DNA of 63,942 nt, counting the filler, from Hyphochytrium catenoides (Eukaryota; Protista; Hyphochytriomycota): NCBI GenBank assembly GCA_900088475.1. It is 10 parts of 10 records of this genome, joined end to end, with 100 filler letters (N's around TTAATTAATTAA, not from the genome) between each part and the next. Parts side by side here need not be neighbours in the genome. Positions count along the whole stretch, not along the records: positions 16,501 to 34,854 come from FLMG01000458.1; positions 34,955 to 49,133 come from FLMG01001721.1; 8 more parts are not named here. The stretch is one strand, 5' to 3'. The notes beneath the pieces are model-generated. The model saw only the letters and a list, made by a program, of their open reading frames with translations, ran no database searches and was not told the DNA's origin. This document shows positions 25,626 through 38,262 of the stretch, in pieces (the stretch's first letter is position 1; every line of letters starts with the position of its first letter). The translations under genes and the position numbers were made by a program.

Positions 25626-25635
25626 CCGCTAACGG
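25626..25635 (+). promoter_or_regulatory. CCGCTAACGG motif in the divergent TMEM115/sirtuin intergenic region
   Basis: Exact copy located where microsatellite polarity flips from GA to CT. Confidence 0.45.
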
Positions 25636-25699
25636 CATTCAGCGGCTTACTACGAGTAAGTGGGAGGTTCTGATTTCTCTCTCTCCCCCTTCCTCTTTT

Positions 25700-25744
<45 letters not shown>

Positions 25745-25944
25745 CGCTCGCTCGCTCGCTCCCCGTCTCTCTCTCTCCGCTCTCCAGGAGTTCTGATCGC
25801 CTCTCATCTCACATTTCCTCCTGTGCTTCCAGCCTCCATTCTCGATCTGGAAAGCAGGCGACGCAGCGAATCCTGTGAAACCGTCGCGGACACAGAGAGA
25901 GAGAGAGAGAAGACAAGCGGAGGAGGCTGGGAAAGGACGGCCCA

Positions 25945-26487
25945 ATGGGCACTCTGCAGGAGAAAGAAGCGGATGGGCGACCGCTCTCTTCTCTTTCCAG
26001 GGCCGCCGAGCTAATTGAGGCCGCAGACTTCCTTCTTATCGCCGCTGGAGCAGGCTTCTCTGCGGACTCTGGGCTGCCCACCTACAGGTGCATCTCGCTG
26101 TCTCTCTCCCGCTGTCTCTCTTTGTCTGTCCCTGTTCATGTAACTATCTCTCTCTCTGTCGCTCCCTTCGCTCGCTCTCCTTCCTTCTCCTTCCCTCTCT
26201 TCCTCTCTCTCTTTCTCTCTCTCTCTGTCTCTCTCTCTGTCCCTCTCTCTGTCTCTCTTGCTCTCTCTCTGTCTCTCCCTTGCTCTCCCTCTCTCTCTCT
26301 CTCTTCTTTCTCCCCTTCTGTTCCGCACTATCTGTCGCTTCATTCCTCTCTTGTTCTTTCTTCGGCGCCTGCTTCTCTTTCTTCCCCTCTGCCGCCTCCT
26401 CCAGAATCTCTAACATACATGCTTCCTCTTTCATTTTATCACCTCGTCTTCTTCCCCCTTGTCTCTTTATTCTTCTCTCTCTCTATG

Positions 26488-26519
<32 letters not shown>

Positions 26520-28561
26520 TCTCCTGGTTCAGTCACATCAGTCTTCTCCCTCAGTACGAAGAGAGAGGCATAGAGTATGCCGATCTATGTGATCCTCATC
26601 TTCTAGATGAGGATGCAGGTCTTTTCTATGGCTTCTGGGGAGACTGTGAGGAACTCTACAGACAGTGCGCCTCCCACCGGGGCTATGAAGTGCTCAAGAA
26701 GTGGAAAGAGAGAAAGGAAGAGAACGAGGGAGAGAGAGAGTTGATCAGGAAAGTAGGAGAGAAAGAGAAAGAGAGGTTAGCCGACGGGCTTGTTCCAAGC
26801 TCGAGTTCTCTCTTTGTATATACCTCCAATGTAAGGGCTTGTAATCAGGGTTGCTCCCTCTCTCTCTCTCTCTCTGCCTCTCTCTCTCTCTCTGTCTCGC
26901 TCTCCCTCATTCTCTCTCCCCCCTGTCTTTCTCTCTCTCTCTCTCTTTCTGTCCCTCTCTGAGGGCTCTTCTCTTTGTCTCTCCCCCTCTTTCTCTCTCT
27001 CTCTCTCTCTCTCGCTCTCAACTCGCTCCGTGTGTGTGTCCCTCTCTCATATTTGATGGCCCTTCTCTTTCGTTTTTAAAGGTTGACGGCCATTTCTCTC
27101 GCTATTTTGCCTCTGAAGTGATCTATGAGATCCACGGGAGCATGCAGGTGGATTGCTGAGTCTCTCTCCATCTCTTTTTTTTTCTTGACCGCCTGATTCT
27201 CTCTGCCAATCCCGTTCAATCTCTCTCTTTCTCTCTCCTTCTTACTGTTACGTAATGTCTCTCCCCAACCCCATCTCTTCCTGGCTTGTGGCTTCCTGTC
27301 TTCCCTATCAGAATGTATGGCAAACCTCTGATACCCTCCTGCCATCACAGTTTTTTTTGTCAGCATTATTCTCGCCGATCTCCTTCCTTTCTCTCTCTCT
27401 CTCTCTGGCTCTCTCTCTCTCTCTCTCTCTCTCTTTTTCACACACACTCTCTCTCGCTGTCTCTGTTTCCTCTTCTGACCTACCGTTTAGCTTCTTCTCT
27501 CTGTTCTCTTCTATCCCATTCCCGGCAGACACCATTGTTTTCCTCTTCATTCTCTCTTCGTCCTGGTCTGCTCACTTCCTTCCCCCTTCTCTCTCTTTTT
27601 CTCTCTCTCTCTCATTCTCTCTCTCTTATCTTTTTCTACTCTTTGTTCTCCGCCAGACGTGGCAGTGCAGCGGGTATATGCCTGACTCTGAAGATAGGGG
27701 AATGCCGTGCAGTCTTGAGCCTCAAGCGCTTCCCTCAAACTACTCCTTCTGCATAGAGAGAGAGAGAGAGAAAGAGAAGAAAGCAGCAAAGCCTTTCCCT
27801 CTCTGCCGCTTCTGTGGATCGCTCCTGCGTCCTTCTGTTCTGATGTTCCATGACAAGCGCTGGAGAGGAAACAAAGAGGGAGAAGAACGCTACGTCGCGT
27901 GGGAGGCCGCGGTAGAGACACTGATGGAGAATGACCCTTCTCTCCGACTTGTGATTCTTGAGATGGGATGCGGCCTCCGCGTGAGTTTCTCTTTCTTCTC
28001 TCTCCTGTTCTCTTTCTCTGTTCTCTTTCATTTCTGGCCTGTTTTTAAGTTCAGCTGTTCATTGTCTCTCCGTCCATGGTGACATCTCTCTTGTTGGCCA
28101 AGAGGAAGAGAGAAGCTTGCGGCTGTGTGTGTGTGTGTGTCTCTCTTTCTCTCTTTGGTCTCTTTGTCGCTCTTATACAATGCTCGCGTCCTCTTTCGTC
28201 TGCTCCCCGTAGTTGCTAGGGGTAGTCTGTCTCTCTGTTTCTCTTCTCAACCCTTTCTGTCTCTCTCTCTCTTTCTCTGCCTTCCCTACTTTCTTTTTCT
28301 GTTATGTCTCTCTCTCCTTGCAGCTTACTTTTCTCACTTTTTCTTTCTTCCTCGGCACAGGTTCCTTCTGTTCGTCTAGAGACGGAGATGGTCTGCCGCG
28401 ATGTGAACAAAATTCATGGGAAGAAGAATTGCCAAATTATTAGGATAAATAGTGAGGAAAGAGAAGCAGAGATAGAGCCTGAGCTTGGACTCAGCGTCGT
28501 AGGCAGAGCAGAACAGATACTGCTTGCCCTGGACAAGTTGATCGCAGAGAAAGATGCATGA
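25945..28561 (+). CDS. Sir2-family NAD-dependent deacylase (sirtuin), bacterial-like subfamily; exons ~25945-26087, 26533-26830, 27082-27147, 27657-27980, 28361-28561
   Basis: AAGAGFSADSGLPTY, YTSN|VDGHF, EIHGS (catalytic His), WQC...C...CRFC zinc ligands, LRPSVLMF, LVILEMGCG..VPSVR, IIRIN. Confidence 0.92.
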
Positions 28562-28779
28562 GAAGCTGTCTTCCCTCGCCCATTCTCTCCTCTCTCTCTC
28601 TTCTCCTCCTCTGGCGCTTTCCATTCTGTCTGTTCTCCATTCTTCTCTTCTCTTCTGGAAATGTCTGGGTGTGAACGGTTTCACTCTATCTTTCGGAGCT
28701 CCTGGGATGACAAGAGAGGGAAGAGAACAGCTGCAACTCGGGAAATTGTAAGCTGCTAATTTCTTTCTTTCTCAGTATA

Positions 28780-30809
28780 TCACAGCCACTGGCTCACTCC
28801 GTCTGCGACAGGAATGACATTGTGCAGGACGTACGCTTCGTTGTTCTTCTCCACATCCGCTAAGTTATATTTATAGTTGATCATTATCCCCGCACTCTGC
28901 TTCATTCCCTGCAAGATTAATAATAAGTTTTCTAGTTGAAGAGGAGCATGAGGGAGAGAGAGAGAGAGCACTTGTAGAAGAGAGAGAGAGACTTGATCGG
29001 CGACAGCAGAAGGAGGAGGCAGCCAGCGAAGCGAGAGATTCACAGGCGACCTAGATAAAGGCTCTCCAAATCGAAAGAGAGAGAGAGAGAGAAGAGAAAT
29101 GGCAGAAGGGCGCCAAACCTTGGAGCTGAGGTCTGCCAGCCAGTTAAGTCGATACATCACTGCGCCGTTCCGCACGTGGAAGTTGGCCACAGAGCACAGC
29201 GCCTTTCCTCTCTTCTTCTCTTGGGTCAGATACCTTGGCACGTAGGTAAAAATAAGTTGACTCGAGGAAGGGAAAGGATTCTCTCCTTGTTTTTCAAGTG
29301 CTTGCTTCTTTTGCTGGCTCTTCTTTAGAACTTCTAATCCGTCTCTGAGCCAAGATAGGTGTCTCTCGTTCTCCTTTTTGTCAACTCTTCTGCTTTTAGA
29401 ACCAGTTCACCCCTGTCTTTGGGACCACTATGACTCCCTTCTCTTTGAAGCCTTATATTCTCTCTGTTCTGCCTCTCTCTCTCTCTTTTCTCTGTCTCTC
29501 CTCTCCTCGTTTCTTTCTCTCACTCTCTCTCAAACGCTCTGTCGTCCTTCTGTCTCTTTTTCCCCCGGTTTTTGGGTTCGAAGTTCTGCATCTTATAATC
29601 CCAACTTCCAACTCTTCATTGTCCTTCTTCTCTTTTTCTAGTGCTCACCTTGCAGCTAACCGGAGGAGGATGGGCTTTAGTTTCTGCGCTGCACTTTCGC
29701 TCTCGAACCACTTGGTTTCTAGGACTGCGAGAAGAAGCTGGTCCGGTGATGACTTGACTGTCTCTTCCGTCCTTTTAACTCCGTCTTCCAAGAGAGAGAA
29801 CACACTGAGGACGACATTGGCCTCTTCTTGGGTAAGAACAGACTGTGTCTGAGGATGATTTACCTGCAGGAGAGAAGCAGCATGAGGCGAGAGGCTATGA
29901 GAAACAAGTGGGTAAGTGGCGTAGAGAGAGAGAGAGCAAAGCATAATGAGTGCCAGAGAGAAGCAAGGAGGCTAATAAACGTGGGATTCATGAGTAAAAG
30001 ACCACCGCAGAAGTTGGTAAGGCACAAAGTAGAGGACAGAGAGCCTAAGGAGAGATAGCGTATACAGCCCGTTAGCACAGAAAAGAGCCAAGGAGTTAGA
30101 AAGAGAAGGAACCCAAAAAGAAAGTGAGGCTCACATAATTATGCAGCCAGGCTCTGAAGCCTGGGATGGGGCTCAGAGTGGCGAAGGTCGTGAGATTGTC
30201 AAACTCTCCCAGAAGCCGGCTGGCAACCTTCTTGATTAGAAAGTTTCCTAAGTCCACTCCTTGCAGTCCAGGCTGCGTGGAGGTGATAGAATAGAAGATA
30301 GCGCACTCGGCTTCCTCCTCTTGATGTCCTTCGCCTAACCAACACAGAGGGCAGAGATATTAGAGAGCATTAAGAAGCTGAAGGAAGAGAGAAGTGTCTG
30401 AAAGGTGTGACCAGGGAGGGCGAGAAGAAAAGTTATGTATGCGCCTGAGCGAGATCGACACCGCAGTCTGTTGGCCAAAGGGAAATGGGAAAGAGCGTAG
30501 CTGTCCTTGAAAAGTGTCAAAGCCCAGTCAAGGGAGAAAGAGATAAAAGTTAGAGAGAAAGAGACGACGACATAGTGCGATAGACATCTTATCCTGACGC
30601 TCAGGGTTAGGGTCAGGGCAATGAGGGCCCTACCGGTGTTTTGCCTGATGTACTGCATGCTACTCGCCATCTCCTTCACTAGGGCGACATGGACGAACAC
30701 CAAGGGAACCCCTGGCATACTGAAGACAAAGAGACTGAGCACTGAAATCCATAGATGAGATCTCTAGGAAGGACGTAGAGCGGCAAGTGTGTGGACGTAG
30801 GGCGAAATA

Positions 30810-30871
<62 letters not shown>

Positions 30872-32822
30872 TGTCGAGACGACGTGAGAAAGAAAGCTAC
30901 CTGGGATGCATAAACGCAAAGCAGCGTCTTCCATAGCCTATATGTGAGAATATTCACAAAGAGGTGAGAATCTGAAAGAGACTGCGTCATTGTGACAGAG
31001 GAAGGGGCGTAGGAGAAACACGGAGGCAAGAAAAGGAAGAGCCTCTGCAGGTTAAACGGCGCCGTGGAAATGTGAGGTGCCCAACTGCGCGTCAACCAAA
31101 GAAAGAGCAAGATTATGCTCTAGAGGGACATGGAAGTAGAAAGAGACGATGAGGACGAGAGAACAAGAAGGGGACAAAGGCGAACAGGGTGACTAAGGGA
31201 ATCATAACACAGACACTGGCATAAGGGAAATCCATTTAGTACCTAGCCTCATTTTTAGGTCGGAGAGAGATTCAATGGGATGGACAGACTCATACAGCGC
31301 AATCTTCTCGATTAGAGCGCCAGGAGAGTGCTCAAAAGTGACTCTTTCCAGCTTGAGAAATGCCACACTGAACCATGAAGCAAGGATGGCCTATAAGAGC
31401 GGATGGAGACGGTCTTGTTAGGTGGATTGTCTGAAGAGAAACGAGACCTTAGCAAGGACAGCAGATAGGTGGCGAATAGGTCTGTGGGCCGCAATATAAC
31501 GATAAAGAGAGAGGATAGAGTCTGAGACAGACAATCCATAGCGGTTAGAGAGGAAAGAGACGTCAAAAGGACAAATAGTGCAGAGCTGAGAAGAGAGCAT
31601 CAGCACCTACGGAGCTGCAGGGACAGAAAAGAGGAAATAATGGCCACCCTGAAGGGAAGGAAACAAGAAGAAGAGCGTAAAAGGCGGAACCCAAAGAGAC
31701 TAGACGATAAGATGGACTTTGACCCCTTTTTCTCGGCGAATGGCTCACCTGAAGGTTAGAGTTGAGGTGCCTGAGATAGGTCAACTTCTCCTCTGAGAGT
31801 GGCCGCTGCGTGATGACTCTCAGGAGGTCAGACCTGAGATTTACCAGGAAGAGCATTCCGTCTTCACTGAGAGAGATAATCTGTCGGAATAAGATCTACT
31901 CTCATCCCGATGAGGGAGAGCATAGGAGGGTGAACGACAGAGAGAAAGCCAGGCAGGAGAAGGAAGCGATAAAGAGATCGTTAGGCCGGTAAGCGGTTCT
32001 CGACAACACAGTCAGAGAGACAGACAGAGATATGGAAAGCCGGAGAGGGAGAGGACGAGAGACAGACGCGAAGGAGCGAGAGAGGTGACAAGCATGACAC
32101 TAGAACTTCAGAGCAAGACCTCATGGGCAGGCACTAACGCCTCCCGCAGCTTCCTCAAGAGACGGAAATGGCGCTCCTTGTCCGAGTCATTGCCTGGCGA
32201 AGCTCCCCAAAGCTTCAGAACCTCTTCCACCTACACCACGGACAACGTGAGATGCCGTGCGTCTCCTTCTTTCATTCTTTCTCTTTACCCTCTTTGTAGC
32301 TGTATCAGGTTGCCTCATGTCGCAGCGATCGTTGTACGGGCACTCACATTCGACTCTTCGTGTCCCAAATCTTCCGCTAATGTTAAGAGAAATTGCTCCT
32401 TTCCTGCAGTGTCCAGCCTTTCATAGCCACTGCAGAGTAGCCGCGTGACAACCTTGGGGAGTACGTCTTTAAAGCACCGGTGAGCGAACTATAGGAAGGA
32501 AGAGCAAGTGCATGGAAGATGCCAATGGAGCAAACTAATCCTCTTCAAAGCAAATTCTTAACAGAGAAAAACAGGAAGACTCCTTCTTCAAAATATGGCA
32601 ACCAGAGAACGAGAGAGAAAGGGCCGGAGCAGGAGAAGAGAGAGAGAGGGAAGCGAAAGAAAAAGAGACAAACGAGAAATGTGGGGGAAGGATACAAAGC
32701 ATCCTGCAGACACGAGGAAGGCGCAAGTGGCATACACGTATGGGCTTGCAGCTGAGAGGATGGCCGGAATTCAAATAGATAGAGTTACGGAGCGAGGGAG
32801 ACACACAGAGAGAGAGACGGAC

Positions 32823-32875
<53 letters not shown>

Positions 32876-33585
32876 AATAAAGATCGCTGACGACTCACCT
32901 CCCACCTCTCCCCTCTTAGTACTTGCCAGCAACTTCATCATCTCCGTAAGTTTAGGTTTGTCTCTCGGCAGTTGCAGTGTCTGCAAAAGAGAGGAGAAGC
33001 CACCGCCTTCTTCTCTCGTCACCTCTTTCAGCTGCTGCCAGAAGGCTCGGCCATCGCTATCACTCGCCTTCTTCTCCTCTGTCTCGGCCGTGGTGCTGGA
33101 CAGCCTAACAACCTAACAGGTTAGTGGGCCTTCCTTCATATCTCTTGCTACAAATGTTTCCTTCATCAGAGGCACTCACCATCGGCTCGGACCATAGTTT
33201 AGAGCGATGTTGGGCCTGTCGTGTGCCCGGNNNNNNNNNNNNNGAGAGAGAGATGTGAGAGAGAGAGAGAGAGAGAGAGAGTGAAAGGGTGGTGGGCGAG
33301 AGGAGGTGACATAAAAGGAAGTGTACAAACGCAATATGCCGTCAGAATGACAGAACGCCGGATAGAGACCAGAGCACACTTGTTCAAGGAGAGAGACAGA
33401 GAGAAAGAGAGTATGTCCTAAAAGAGCAGTCAGAGACGGGAAGAGAGTGAAGAGAAAATCGCGAGGAGAGAGAGAGACCCAGGACTCAAGGAACAATGCC
33501 TTTGCCTGCCAGCCCACGTGAGTCCGCTCCGTCGACAGAGAATTCTAAACCGTTGAGCTCGACGAAGAGCTAGTCCGGCGGCCAT
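28780..33585 (-). CDS. MLYCD: Malonyl-CoA decarboxylase, multi-exon, with probable mitochondrial presequence
   Basis: Exons read [26 protein letters not shown]...[79 protein letters not shown]...[24 protein letters not shown]-terminus [19 protein letters not shown] (start inferred). Confidence 0.95.
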
Positions 33586-33781
33586 GTTCCAAGCGTCAGC
33601 AGGGAAGACTAGTGGACTCCGAGGGATCAGGAGAGGCTGCACGCGATGCAGCACAAGGGAAGATCTTGATGCCGACGGCACGCATTTATCGTCCCCTCGT
33701 CCCTGTGTCCCTATCATCAAGCAACGTCAGAAGTAACCAGCTTACGTTGAGAGGATAGGGAAGAGAGACAAGAGCTGTCAG

Positions 33782-33819
<38 letters not shown>

Positions 33820-33840
33820 AAGAGAGAGAGAGAGAGAGAA

Positions 33841-33899
<59 letters not shown>

Positions 33900-34190
33900 A
33901 AGAGAAAGAGAGAGACAGACAAACAGAGAGTGAGAGGATGAGAGACAGAGACAGGGACGGAGACAAGAGAGAGAGAGTATTGAGAAGAGAGAGGGACGAA
34001 GGAGAGAGAGGAGGCGAAGATCCATAAAAACCCAAAAAGCCAGCCAGAACCCTACTCTGACTAGCAACAGATCAGAAGATTGATTATCTTATTTGGATAA
34101 CTAATCTTGTCTTGTAACGCCTTTTCTGGACCTATTTGTGAGTCATTCGACCGACCAGAGAGAGAGAGAGAGAGACAGAGAGAGAGAGAG

Positions 34191-34225
<35 letters not shown>

Positions 34226-34237
34226 AGAGAGTCAGAG

Positions 34238-34284
<47 letters not shown>

Positions 34285-34802
34285 GAAGAGAAAGAGATAA
34301 CGGTACATAGAGAAGTGAAGAGCAAAGAGAGAGAGAGAGAGAGAGATGAGATATGAGAGCGAGGGAAGGACAGAGAGAGAGAGAGGAGAGAAAGAGTGAA
34401 AAAGAGACAGAGTGGGGCGAAGTGGTCCTTTGAGCGAGACAGAGAGAGATAGGGGACGCAAGAAATGAGAGACAGGGAGTAGACAGATAGCGAGAGAGGA
34501 AAAGAGAAAGAGAGAGGAGAAGAAAAAAAAGATCTCTTGATATGGAACCAAGAAGAGACACAGGAAGTTAGAGACAGACGACAATGCCAGAGAGAGTGAG
34601 AGAGACAAAGGAGAGGAAGGACGAGACAAGTCGAGCCTAGAGAGCACTCAGCGCTGGGATATCAGTCAGGCGGCAGTCAGGAATGCAGCTCTAGGTTTCC
34701 CCTTCTGACTCCTCTTTAGATTTGCCTGCCCTCCCTCTCTTCGTCTCTCTCTCTCTCTTTCTTTGTTCTCTCTTTTTATATCGCTCTGTCTCTCTCTCTC
34801 TC

Positions 34803-34836
<34 letters not shown>

Positions 34837-34968
34837 AAAAGAGGGGCCACCGCGNNNNNNNNNNNNNNNNNNNNNNNNNNNNNNNNNNNNNNNNNNNNTT
34901 AATTAATTAANNNNNNNNNNNNNNNNNNNNNNNNNNNNNNNNNNNNNNNNNNNNAGCAAGTTAAAGAG

Positions 34969-35010
<42 letters not shown>

Positions 35011-38000
35011 AACGAGAGAGAGATGCTCGAGTAGCTCGGGCCTTTCTGGGACCCGGTAACCCAGATAATCACGAATGATGAGATGAAGAAGAAGAGAGTG
35101 AACAAGAAGCAGGCGTGGAATCTGGAGGGTGGACAACGGCGATGGTAGATCTTCACATCAAACAACCCTTGAGGGAATGCACTCTCCTCGGAAACTCCGC
35201 TGTAAACGAGGAGACAGCACAATGATGACGAGCGGGGAGAGTTCAAGATGTAGGAAGGAAGTCACACTTGGAAGGACTCTCACACGAAAGTGGAAGATAA
35301 GGTTCTCCTCAGCACTATAACAAGGGACGCTTATCAGGTACTACTGAGCTTGCTTGGTGGTGGTGGTGAGAAGAATTCCTTGATGATCTGAAGATCGCTG
35401 CTTAATCTCTAAATGAGAAGGTCAGAAGGTCAGAGGTAGCGGTGCATGAACAGATTTCATTGGTCCAACTAGCAGCTGAGGATTCACGACTATACATTGA
35501 AGATGCTGCTGCTGCTTTTCTAGAGAGCTAAGAGGAAGAATGTGAACCCCTGGCGCACAGTGTTTGTGCCGTGCACGCAAGGGTGGCGCCGTTTTCCCAG
35601 CGGAGACGAATGCAAAGTTACGACCAACCACAGGGATGATGCCACCTTCAGCCCTGTTCTGCCAAACTGTCATCCCAGCTGATAGAGAGACATGCTAGCT
35701 ACTAGTTTCAGCTGCATCGACAGGAGGCAGGCCCGCTTTCCTCAACCAGGTTTGCCTTTTCCCGTCTTTATCGCTTTGGGTTACTAATCCTGTCGTCAGG
35801 GCCTGCCCCTCTCATGTCTTCCATAATGACGGCTCCATCTGCCTCTCTCCAGCTCCTTCAGGGTTCAGTAGTGGTCCGCGTGGACCTTCTCTTCTATCTC
35901 ACGCTGCACCTCCCTCCCTGGCCATCATAGTAGCGCAGCGTGAGTGGTGCACGAACAATTCTCAAGCGCAAGTGGTTGCGGGACAGATAAGCAACAATTG
36001 AACTGCATGTCTCTTCGTCTTCGGTCTCTTCTCCTGCTATCCCTGAGAGCCGGTTTTAGAAGAAGAGGAGGACTCACTATTCTTTAGCAGAAGACGTGCA
36101 AGTCTGGAATGGCACGTTTACCGCGCACCGCCCAGCTGCTTCCTCGACTTCTTCAGAGGTTTCGCGGTTTTATCAGCAGATGTTAAAAAAAACGAGAGAG
36201 CCATCATCCTGTGCGGTCTCTTTGGCCAACAATGGGTAAGATTCAGATTAATTGGTCTCCTCCAGTCGACCCTCCTCGGGTGTCTCATCAGAATATCATA
36301 AAAAGTTCTAGCCGAGTCGTAGAAGACCGCCATCGTAGCATCATTGCCTGTCACTCTCCTGCCCTCATCATAAATGTCATCACCATTGTTTTCTGTCCCT
36401 TCAGCTGCTGCTGCTGCTGCTGCTGCTGCGGAGTACAATGTTCGATAGCTAACAGTCCAGCTGCCTCTTTCTAGTCAAATCTTAAACAAAGTGTGTCTCT
36501 CTTCTTCCCGTCAAGCTCAGGTGGTCCTCGTCATCATGCTTCACCTTCAATCATCCGCCTGCCCTTCCTAACAAACAGGTCCTCCTAATCACCATCGTCG
36601 CCATCATCGGACTCAAACCAACAGCCAACAACAACAAACAATAATGAACCGCAAGCAAGCAACAACCCGCGGGCTGGCTCAGTCATCAAAAAAGATCCAG
36701 ACAAGCTTCATGACGAAGAGAGAAAGGCGGAAGCCGCCCGCAGCCACCAACAAGGCCAAGTCAAGGCCAAGGAGTGCGACCTCCGATCCAAAACCTCATC
36801 ATCAGCTTTCCCTTCACATGGAAGCGGCGCATAAGCTGAAGAACCTGCATCGTATTATTACTTCCAATGGCTAAGGTTTATGGCCGTCTCGTGGGGCCAC
36901 TAATGGGATATTACTATCGCAAAGGGAAGCCGTTTCAGTCATGAAGAGACAGAGTCAGAGGGACGGCAGACAGAGAGACAACAAGATATTGTGAAAACGA
37001 AGGGAAGGAGGCTCTGGTAACGAGACAGAGAGAGGAATATATATGAGAGAACGACTTGACGAGGTAGCCCGGAATGGCGGAGGATAAAAGAACAGAACAA
37101 TCATGGTTCCTCTGTTTGGTCGAGCGAGAGCGAGAGGCATAGTCAGTGGCGGAGCGAGAGCAGCAGCAGCAGCAGCAGCAGCAGGAGCGAGCAGCAGCAG
37201 CAGGCAGCAGGAGCGAGCGAACAAGAGACAAGAGGAAGAGGAGAGAGAAAGGGCGAAGGGAGAACGTTGGACAGCAGCGAGGAGGAGGTTGGAGGAGGGA
37301 AGGCTTGATAATATCACAGGGAAGAACATGGTGAGGCAAGACCTACGAAGAAGGGATAAGTTCTACGTACTGAGCAGCAAGGTGGAAAGGAGGTGTGATC
37401 ATACTATCTGTGTCCTCGTGTATGCCCTTCAGCAGTCTTTCTGCTAGCGCAGAATGTGCACAAGGATCTTTTTGAAACAGCTGCAGGAAGGAGAAGGGAA
37501 GGAAATCAAGGGGCAAACACGCAGTTATACGCAGCTCTTCCATTGCAAGGGAGAAGTGCGCGTACAAAAGAAGGGAAAGGTAAGCTCTAAGGGAAGGAAA
37601 GAGAAGCAGGCTTGATGTGGTGGTGCCAGGAACACTGAGCGGCGACCGGATGAACGAACAAGAGGCAGAAGAAAGTAGGAGGACAGCCGAAAGAGGAGGC
37701 GGAAGAGAGAGTAGCGGACGAAATCTTCCAGTGGCTTGTGCCCGCCGTACCATTAAGGATAGGACCGCAAGCCGTAGCCGAGGAGGCAGACTTGCAAATG
37801 ATGATAACGAGGACAAGAAGGACCATAAATAAAGTTGTGCCATTGCTTGCTTGTTGTTGGCCCTAGTAGGTCCCCACGCCGGCCGATCACCACTCCTTAT
37901 TACAGCGTCTGGCCGCTCGTCGTTGCTATCGTCCCACTGCCTTCGGGCCTAACTTATCAGCCACTACCTGCACTTCTTGCACCTCCTCTCGCCTACGTCC

Positions 38001-38262
38001 TTTCTGTTCAAGCTCGGGAGAGAAACATACCTGTCCTGCTGGATACCTGGGCTCAGGAGACTAGAGAAACACCGCTACTAGGGGCTAAGGGATCCGAGCA
38101 CTGACGCGATAAAAGAGAGATCATCNNNNNNNNNNNNNNNNNNNNNNNNNNNNNNNNNNNNNNNNNNNNNNNNNNNNNNNNNNNNNNNNNNNNNNAGAGA
38201 GAGAGAGAGAGAGAGAGAGAGAAAACGAGACGAAGCACTCTGAGGAAGGAAGGCACGACTTC

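Noticed and set aside
30601-30618. TCAGGGTTAGGGTCAGGG telomere-like run
   Set aside because: Only three degenerate units inside an MLYCD intron; compatible with chance.
35000-37900. Short protein-like ORFs and CAG/CTG runs
   Set aside because: Frequent stops and no recognisable domain or consistent splice pattern; possibly decayed genes but not supportable.
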